This document shows positions 58,101 through 64,000 of a DNA stretch of 64,000 bases, one piece after another. The translations under genes and the position numbers were made by a program. A model generated the notes under the pieces. The model searched no databases, had not been told where the DNA came from, and saw only the letters and a list, made by a program, of their open reading frames with translations. The DNA lies in IMG/VR virus record IMGVR_UViG_3300025009_000050, positions 124,001-188,000 of that record. The stretch is one strand, 5' to 3'. The number at the start of each line of letters is the position of its first letter. The first letter of the stretch is position 1.

Positions 58101-61100
58101 TTCTTTGTAGTAATCTGATTCTGTACTTCATTAACCATAGCCCTTACTTGGCTACTTATGATGTCTCCATGTCCGCCGTGCTTGAGTGCTTGCGAGCCCA
58201 TTACAAGATGAAGCTTATCGGCCTCTGCTCCGAACAAACTGTTCCATCTATCGTTCTCAACCAGAGTCAAAGTCATCTTATCACCGCTAGAGGTTATAAG
58301 TTTAAGACCATTTGCTGCTGGTAGTGTTCTTTCTACTGAAACTTTATATTTGTTTTCTCCAAGTTTCGTTATAGCATTTACTACACCAGGCTGTTTCTTA
58401 TTATACCTTGCATCTCCCTGAAGTACGCCGAAAGTATTACCTTCGCCATCTACTATCTTAGACTCTACCAATTGACCAATGGTGAATGGCTTTTCAGAGG
58501 GAGCGATAGTATAAGGGTCGCCCTTCTCTATCGAAGCTAGTATCTCCTTATTAATGTCACTAACTACATACTCGTTAACCATCTTCATCTTGAGAAGATC
58601 ATTAGCTATATCGCCACGCATAAATGCTCTGGCGTCATACGTCGATTCTACTAATCCGGTTAAAGGAGCTCCAGTCCTCTCAGCCTCAGCAATCATCTTC
58701 TGTACTTGGTTATCATCCATGTAAGCTGTCTTAACAGTAACCCATGGTGCTAAGTTATTACCTGTGACTCCATATCTAGCTTTCCCTGCTTCAGTCATGA
58801 GTAGGGGGTTAGCTAGTTCACTATACTTCGTTCTAAGTGCTTCTGCTGATTTAGGGTGGAATGGATGGATATTCTCTGCCTGTGTCATCCTCATTGTTGC
58901 TGCAGATGAATGGTATCCAAATGGAATGAACTGACGTATGTCATTGACACTACGACTGATTCTTCCATTCTTACCAGTAAACTGAGCTTCCTTGAGTGTG
59001 TGAGGATTTAATACGTCATTTATAACATCGATAGGAGTACCAAGTTTTACACTTAATCTCTCTGCAATGGTTCTATTCAGGTTTACAGAGTCAGTTAAGT
59101 TCAAACCTGAGATGTCCTTCCCAGCTAGGAATTCTTTTATTCCTTCAAAGTAGATTACTTCACTACGCTGTCTTATACTAGCATGACTTAGGTTGCGTAT
59201 CTTCCTAGTATCCATTACTTCATCGGAGTCAAGGAAATTGGCACCAGATAAGTCTTTAAGTACTTTGTTCTGAGCCCAGTTGACAAGTGCCTGTGCTTGT
59301 GCATAGTCTCCTTTCAACATTGCTTCTTTAACTCGTTTAGATATACCAACCTGAGATTGTAGAATCTTATCGAAGCTTGTTTCAACACCAATGTTCTTAC
59401 CATCAAGTGTGAAGTCCATCTGGTTAATTCTCATAACCCTACCAACAGTAAGAATCCTTCTTTCATCCACCAATGGGATGTTAACCTTAACTACATCGCT
59501 ATTATTCATTATCTGTTCTACTGTCTGCTTACCTACTGTTGCTGCTTTCTTCTCATCATATAGAGCAAAGATAAAACCCTTATTGTCAGGTGATGACAAT
59601 ATAGTCCCATCTATATTTGCATCTGTAAGATACCTTGATAGTAGCTTCTTTATTGGTTCTTCTGCTTTCCTATTAAGCCCGAATAAAGGCCCTAGTCTTT
59701 TTAGTGGAGAAAGCTGTTCATGAATAATAGCATTATGCGCTTCTAACATCTTAGCAAACTCTTGGTTTGCCGCTAGGTTAGGAACAAAAGCTTTATCTAT
59801 CTTCTGCCATGCACTACTACCACGTCTTTGTCCTTCATCTAGCGCATGATTAGCTACCAACCGCATTTGATCAGGGGTAAGCTTTTCCCATATGCCTCCA
59901 TTATTGGCATCAACATGGGCAACCTTATATGACAAGAACTCATTAGCTAAGTTCTTAGCTTGTATGTCGTCTATCTTCATACCAGAAACAATATCATTAG
60001 CTATCCTAGTCCTATCAAAAAGCTTTGCTGCTATTTGCTTAAGTACAAAGTTACTTTCTCTCGGACCTTGCTTCTGGATCTCTGATAGTCTTAGAAAGTT
60101 AGTAACTTCAGTACGATCTAATATATGCTTACCACCTAACTTATTTATTAGCACTGGTAGTTCGATTTTGTCGATGGGTCTTTTGGTGATTTGCCTTAGC
60201 TGTGACACTATACCTTTATAACTACCAAGATTAAGAACTATATTATCTGATAGTTGTAACATTCTATTGTTAGTTGTAGTCTTAATAACTTTCTTAGCTG
60301 GACTAATCCCACCAGTAGCTTTACGTAAGTCAGGTATTTGGACCCTACCTTCCATTATGTCTTGTAGGGCAGTAAGGGCAAAGTCCTTCTGTACTCCTTT
60401 AAGACTTTGGAATGTTCCGCTACTAATGACAGCATTAATCATTCCTCTCTCAGCTCTTAGCCTATCTTGCATATAGTAGAAGTTTCTAGCTTGTTGCTCA
60501 GAATTGAATAGATCTTTAAATTGTCCCTTAGTTAAATCATCCATAGAAGCTCTATTGACTCCAGCTTTATCAATTGCATCAAGAGCTCTCATGTATCTCT
60601 CCGCTCTTACATGGCCTCCATCGGTATCAAAGATTCTATAATATGCACGTAGAGCTCTGTCCTTCATTCTCTCTGTCCTAGTTTCTTCACCACTGACACC
60701 AGTAATATGTTCAGCATTATATGGTACTAAATGAGAGAATATACTACGTATACTATCGAACCCAGTACCACTAATATTCTCAGGTCTAACAAAGGTATGG
60801 TATAATCCTTCATCTACATTACGTAGGGTTAATGCCCATCCACCATGTTCAAAACCTTCAAGAGCGCCCTTCTCTATCTGCTTAAAGCTATGAATTCTGT
60901 ACTCGGTATTCTTATATAGGTTCCCACTAGATATAGGCTTATCGGGGTTGTCTGAGTAAGCATCTATGAATTTGCCTGTATCATCAAGTTTATATATCCC
61001 ATCGTACTTATTCTTTTCATAAGGACTTAATCCGGAAATTGAGAATAGACTACTATCAGACTTTATTGTCTTGTTGTCTATAGCAAGTACTCCACCACTT

Positions 61101-62470
61101 ATAGCATTCCAGTCTAATGATATGCTAGCCCCAGCTGCTATTCTTCTAGCACTAGCTATCTTACTATTAATATTACCTCCAATGGAGTTGAGTAACATAG
61201 GTACTGCTTCAGCATCTCCACCAGCAAAGTGTTCAATTCTATTATTGAAGGCATTAGACAATACCTCTAATGTAGTTAGACCTTGTTTCCCTCTTATCCC
61301 ACCACTTAATGTCTTGTAGTGTTCCCTCATTTTCTTGTCACCAATTAGCGGTGCTATCTGTCCGATAGGGTCATGATATGCAAGGTCAATAAGTCTATTA
61401 ACATCCAACGCTCTATGAGTACTATTAATGATATGTAGGTTCTTCATTAGGGTTTCAATGCTACTACTAATAGGACTCTGTGGTCCAAGAGCAGTCCTAG
61501 TCTGATTAAAGTATTCCATCATGGCAGGGATATCGTGTTCTAAGAAGTTATACCCCATGAGGTTACCGCCATTCTTAGCTATGTTCTCTACATGATGATT
61601 TATAGCTTTAATCATGCCATCAAGATAGCTACCTGAGTTTCCATTGCCATATAAATTTTTTAAGCCATTTCTCATCTGTGAAGTGTATGCTTTCAAATTA
61701 GTAAATGTAGATCTGTCTGGTAACTCAGATGGTGACTTAAGCTTATCTTTATTGACAAGTCTTACATCTCCTATGCCTGGGATTGTCTCTGTCTTAAATA
61801 CCTCAGAATCTTGATACCTCATTAACCACCACAGTGTACGTCTATGATCATCTGTTAATCCAGCCATTCCTGTGCTCTCTACTTGTTTGATTAAATTTTT
61901 TAGTTCTACCTTCTGCTTTTCATCTACGAAGCCAGCTAATGTCATAGTATTCATTTTATCTAGCATTGGAGAGCCACTCTTGAGGCCATTGAACTGCCAA
62001 CTAGACAAACCTACCTCAGTCATAGCAAATAGATTCATGCTCTGATTCTTTGCAAGTGGACTGACACCGAGGTTTTCAATATCTAAGCTTAAGTGAGTCA
62101 TGCCTACATTTTTAACCATGTTCTCCCATGCGGTTATTGTTCTTTGCGCTCTAGTAGCTCCCCTGGTATTTATGTAATTAAACACACTAGTGCTTGGGTT
62201 ACTAAGTACCCCATTTATTTCAGCGTTTAGTGCCCTACTAACTTTAGATCTCTCTACTACGCCACCAATGTTTCTAGGTGCACCAATGAAGTCTGGGATA
62301 TTCTTAGAACGTATTATCTGTTCTTTAGTCGGTTCTGAATTAGGGTCGTAGTAATTCCTACCTGAACCACCAAAGTTCATAAGAACTTTTGGAGTACCTA
62401 TACTATTAATAATACCTTTCTGTTCCAATACACTAGGTATACTAAAGAGTTCGCTATCATTAAACTTCAT
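55112..62470 (-). CDS. Single-chain two-barrel (double-psi beta-barrel) DNA-dependent RNA polymerase with N-terminal DEDDh 3'-5' exonuclease; probable virion RNAP (2452 aa)
   Basis: RpoB-like, in order: IPFGYHSSA..MRMTQA, VKTAYMD...TYDARAFM, GLKLITSSGDK. RpoC-like, in order: RLQHSGQF, IVGRYPT, AIQVTVGDAVAYAADNDGDFM, ALGELVTQSSISSKH. Exonuclease: LDIE, GYNFLEHD, HFAGGD. Confidence 0.88.
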   Translation of the reverse strand: MKFNDSELFSIPSVLEQKGIINSIGTPKVLMNFGGSGRNYYDPNSEPTKEQIIRSKNIPDFIGAPRNIGGVVERSKVSRALNAEINGVLSNPSTSVFNYINTRGATRAQRTITAWENMVKNVGMTHLSLDIENLGVSPLAKNQSMNLFAMTEVGLSSWQFNGLKSGSPMLDKMNTMTLAGFVDEKQKVELKNLIKQVESTGMAGLTDDHRRTLWWLMRYQDSEVFKTETIPGIGDVRLVNKDKLKSPSELPDRSTFTNLKAYTSQMRNGLKNLYGNGNSGSYLDGMIKAINHHVENIAKNGGNLMGYNFLEHDIPAMMEYFNQTRTALGPQSPISSSIETLMKNLHIINSTHRALDVNRLIDLAYHDPIGQIAPLIGDKKMREHYKTLSGGIRGKQGLTTLEVLSNAFNNRIEHFAGGDAEAVPMLLNSIGGNINSKIASARRIAAGASISLDWNAISGGVLAIDNKTIKSDSSLFSISGLSPYEKNKYDGIYKLDDTGKFIDAYSDNPDKPISSGNLYKNTEYRIHSFKQIEKGALEGFEHGGWALTLRNVDEGLYHTFVRPENISGTGFDSIRSIFSHLVPYNAEHITGVSGEETRTERMKDRALRAYYRIFDTDGGHVRAERYMRALDAIDKAGVNRASMDDLTKGQFKDLFNSEQQARNFYYMQDRLRAERGMINAVISSGTFQSLKGVQKDFALTALQDIMEGRVQIPDLRKATGGISPAKKVIKTTTNNRMLQLSDNIVLNLGSYKGIVSQLRQITKRPIDKIELPVLINKLGGKHILDRTEVTNFLRLSEIQKQGPRESNFVLKQIAAKLFDRTRIANDIVSGMKIDDIQAKNLANEFLSYKVAHVDANNGGIWEKLTPDQMRLVANHALDEGQRRGSSAWQKIDKAFVPNLAANQEFAKMLEAHNAIIHEQLSPLKRLGPLFGLNRKAEEPIKKLLSRYLTDANIDGTILSSPDNKGFIFALYDEKKAATVGKQTVEQIMNNSDVVKVNIPLVDERRILTVGRVMRINQMDFTLDGKNIGVETSFDKILQSQVGISKRVKEAMLKGDYAQAQALVNWAQNKVLKDLSGANFLDSDEVMDTRKIRNLSHASIRQRSEVIYFEGIKEFLAGKDISGLNLTDSVNLNRTIAERLSVKLGTPIDVINDVLNPHTLKEAQFTGKNGRISRSVNDIRQFIPFGYHSSAATMRMTQAENIHPFHPKSAEALRTKYSELANPLLMTEAGKARYGVTGNNLAPWVTVKTAYMDDNQVQKMIAEAERTGAPLTGLVESTYDARAFMRGDIANDLLKMKMVNEYVVSDINKEILASIEKGDPYTIAPSEKPFTIGQLVESKIVDGEGNTFGVLQGDARYNKKQPGVVNAITKLGENKYKVSVERTLPAANGLKLITSSGDKMTLTLVENDRWNSLFGAEADKLHLVMGSQALKHGGHGDIISSQVRAMVNEVQNQITTKNLVRNKVEDDVIKVLNNFFGNSGFKFEDVPGSKNKMLVMINNPKNQVIDHKLFKTQVLDKVSDIIGSNLTDKLLINVAGVGNIMTGYENVGAQPIEPWFKAVGSEGGIYKIGPKEIGMFRLNGLTATAKEYEKMVREQAGVDLLDGAVADKLSENGRIEAGKKEVKSQLRKYERSINSLTGMIDSRDTVIHSQTPIGETGEGRVSLSSFKRFLRSGDVKSDIDYTGTWYDDIEKIANNQVHSGEPGALTPKKAEKILSRGGAVFELPFYVTAGDNIINKVFLPIGQPRKLGVAQMPQANELLAASGRVIRTLQDIATLDLTGKEASTSLQKAMDHFTNVNIRGVSDSKGLVYNSIESARLQHSGQFLVQTFSPGQKKAAATAEISLGRLREMTKGMKKGVPELLEELALGDTRELQEKYGVKGLPGIVGRYPTEGLRSIEPTWLRVNEALDRLAPHAIQVTVGDAVAYAADNDGDFMSTLLAHFKGKTRWQIESQLRSGTGAIGEIAAHIREIEPRRQFYDELVSKLYEADNRKSSSASYGDWVKAYTGENIDLPKAELQTVGSVARAELEARLGRSYIGYSSNVATSMRKMAEIAMRINPQSFDLKKAQAVTALGELVTQSSISSKHFSKSALDDHLAKTIDEWAGIDSAGQEAERNKLLDKRISSSSEMVNAMIRGDRETFIEHAKIVGAMDVDATDMEEYRRQAYSGGIKGSSKFAVRQIATVYEGFGAVNDLKTVMGGDLEGVIHSATNRMGVSSGIKNLNTLVDVLNGNLSGEAPTSSVTNVWRILHGEQKAEELERKAFERAEQRTKWALDERASSNMVLNSAYADQRTRPDMVTVGEQTMRNIFRDVEHVAGGSKLAGAGWGAGAFAGLMMVGNMFADPLPKDMMPQPDQAPPIDGGGYIPTPDASPGGPVARITQSGEGYENLQVMIRARDANGLSNEQIGQLVQGQISSAMPVNMNMNITSNDNTQRIDNMWVQSVVTNALTKGQAF

Positions 62471-62482
62471 TGGTGTCCCACC

Positions 62483-64000
62483 TTAAACATTGATTATATT
62501 TCCAGGATCTCTATTCATAACATTGATTATCTCATTGGTTCTATCCTTGTCTATTGATACATTAACATTCATTGAATGGGCTTCCGCAGCTGGACCATGA
62601 GATATTTGCACATCTATATCAGACAGTCCCGCTCCACGTAGTACTTGACTTAGCCTAGTTTGTATACTTCCTATGTAACTACTAGGCTTGAAGGGATCTA
62701 CATCAGGAGCAGCTTCAGCATATGCCTCATCATCGGGCCAGTATCCGAATTCAGACATATCTAGTGCTTCGTTCTTTATTACCTTGAGTTTAATGTCCTC
62801 CAAACTTACGTTAGCTTTCCAGCCTTCCCAGTTAGCAGTTGGGAGATAATGACCACGGAAGTAATCAGTGATACCGACCTTCTCATTTTGTTCCATTCCC
62901 CATCTTGCCTGGTATAGTCTACGTTGGTTCTTAGGAACTAGACTGAGAATTTCCTTCCTCTCACTTTGGTCTGCGCTCATGAAGTACTGATAAAATTCTC
63001 TATCCTTCTTAGGTAAGGCACGATATATGTTTACCATATCTCCAAGTGGATCAACGCCATATAATGTTGACTTCGCTTGTAGATTGTAGTATAGAGCTTG
63101 GATTGCATCAGGACCTAGTTGAGTGAGTCTTCTATCCTCGTCTATAGCAGTTAGCTCTCTATTGATATCTTTAAGCTTAGACTTGTTCAGGTCTGTATCA
63201 AGTTGTCCATCAACATCTTGTAACTTAAGCCATCTCTTAAGTGACTTAAGGGTGTTTCTCCTAGCCTTATTAATTCTTCCGCGCTTAGTCTCATCAGCAA
63301 TTATATCCTCTACATCTACGCCTTCTGTAGCTATAGCTTGCTTTCTAGCTTTCTCGTAGAGTCCCTTATATTTAACGTACTTGAGCATATCGAAGTATTC
63401 GTTGATCTCACGTTCTTTACGACGACGCTTGGGTATCCATACTTCACCTGATGAGTCTGTAGTCTCCCCAAGTACACGAGCTGTTGATAAGCCACCAGCA
63501 GTTACAGCACCGGTAAATGTGCCAAGCTTTCTACCGAGTACATTAGAGCCGAATAGCCTACCTAGTACTGCACCATATAAAGCAGCAATTGGTGGTGACT
63601 TGGCAGCGAATGCCTCTAGTGTTGGCTTCATAATTCCGCTCCAGGGATCGTACCATGGTTGCCATGCTTTACCGTGTACTTCCGTACGCTTATACATTTC
63701 AAGCGGAGATCTCACTTGTAAGAACTTTGTATGGAAAGCTGTATCAAGGTGAGCAAACCATTCCCACCACTTACCTACTGTTATCTCCTCAGGATAGAAT
63801 CTAGCGTTAACTCCAACAGCGCTGAAATCAGTCTCCTTCTCAGTAACCTGATCTCCAACTGTTCTGAGTAATTTAGCTTGTAGTGGACCACCTTCTGGAG
63901 TATATACTACGGCATGCATGGTGCTCAGTACGTCCTTCCGGACTCTATTAAGCGGGTCCTTGTCTATACCTATCTGTACTTTAGCTCCAGGGTATATTAT
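62483..64000 (-). CDS. C-terminal part of a large tape-measure-like / ejection protein; partial, open to the right edge
   Basis: The frame stays open from 63919 to 64000 (IIYPGAKVQIGIDKDPLNRVRKDVLST precedes the track's MHAVVY). Helical, charged composition with an Ala/Gly hydrophobic stretch (IAALYGAVLGRLFGS...GTFTGAVTAGGL). Confidence 0.6.
   Translation of the reverse strand: MIYPGAKVQIGIDKDPLNRVRKDVLSTMHAVVYTPEGGPLQAKLLRTVGDQVTEKETDFSAVGVNARFYPEEITVGKWWEWFAHLDTAFHTKFLQVRSPLEMYKRTEVHGKAWQPWYDPWSGIMKPTLEAFAAKSPPIAALYGAVLGRLFGSNVLGRKLGTFTGAVTAGGLSTARVLGETTDSSGEVWIPKRRRKEREINEYFDMLKYVKYKGLYEKARKQAIATEGVDVEDIIADETKRGRINKARRNTLKSLKRWLKLQDVDGQLDTDLNKSKLKDINRELTAIDEDRRLTQLGPDAIQALYYNLQAKSTLYGVDPLGDMVNIYRALPKKDREFYQYFMSADQSERKEILSLVPKNQRRLYQARWGMEQNEKVGITDYFRGHYLPTANWEGWKANVSLEDIKLKVIKNEALDMSEFGYWPDDEAYAEAAPDVDPFKPSSYIGSIQTRLSQVLRGAGLSDIDVQISHGPAAEAHSMNVNVSIDKDRTNEIINVMNRDPGNIINV

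Noticed and set aside
55112-62470. Calling the 2452-aa protein simply a tape measure protein
   Set aside because: The position fits, but seven ordered RNAP motifs and three exonuclease motifs argue for folded enzymatic domains. A dual tape-measure role is not excluded.
979-63752. Numerous short plus-strand and alternative-frame ORFs in the ORF track
   Set aside because: All overlap long minus-strand genes, show no recognisable motifs, and are the expected antisense shadows of Thr/Ser/Gly-rich or repetitive coding sequence.
1-64000. tRNA, rRNA, introns, inteins, transposons or intrinsic terminators
   Set aside because: Intergenic gaps are under about 15 nt. No ORF is interrupted, and I saw no homing-endonuclease, Hint or transposase motifs. 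Internal promoters cannot be excluded by eye.
1-64000. Stop-codon reassignment (as in some large phages)
   Set aside because: Very long ORFs are intact under the standard bacterial code, and TAG, TAA and TGA all terminate genes with the next SD or start directly adjacent.
1-64000. Apparent abundance of CTAG/ACTAGT words
   Set aside because: This is an impression only and may follow from Thr/Ser/Leu codon usage. It needs a Markov-model k-mer count, which I could not run.

Overview
The window is a 64 kb stretch of a large tailed-phage genome, probably a myovirus (gp25-like and baseplate J-like genes). A Firmicutes-type host is inferred from strong GGAGG Shine-Dalgarno sites and an AT-rich composition. 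All credible genes lie on the minus strand in one tightly packed virion morphogenesis operon, with gaps under about 15 nt and several TAATG/ATGA/TAGTG overlaps. No tRNA, rRNA, CRISPR array or mobile element was seen. In transcription order (right to left) the operon encodes: (1) a partial large tape-measure-like protein; (2) a 2452-aa protein that appears to be a single-chain, two-barrel RNA polymerase carrying both RpoB-like and RpoC-like motifs, with an N-terminal DEDDh 3'-5' exonuclease; (3) a roughly 1970-aa thermonuclease + lytic transglycosylase + baseplate-hub fusion; (4) an M15 peptidase, spike-like genes, gp25-like, J-like and wedge genes; (5) a virion protein ending in YYCGCYGHCGNHSYSE directly followed by a radical SAM/SPASM enzyme; (6) two large structural proteins and a 4122-aa tail protein; (7) three tandem fibre + lectin-partner gene pairs. 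The most notable items are the putative virion-delivered exonuclease-RNA polymerase flanked by nuclease-bearing tail proteins, and the radical SAM/SPASM enzyme with a candidate virion-protein substrate. All family assignments come from motif recognition by eye and from recalled reference motifs; no searches were run.
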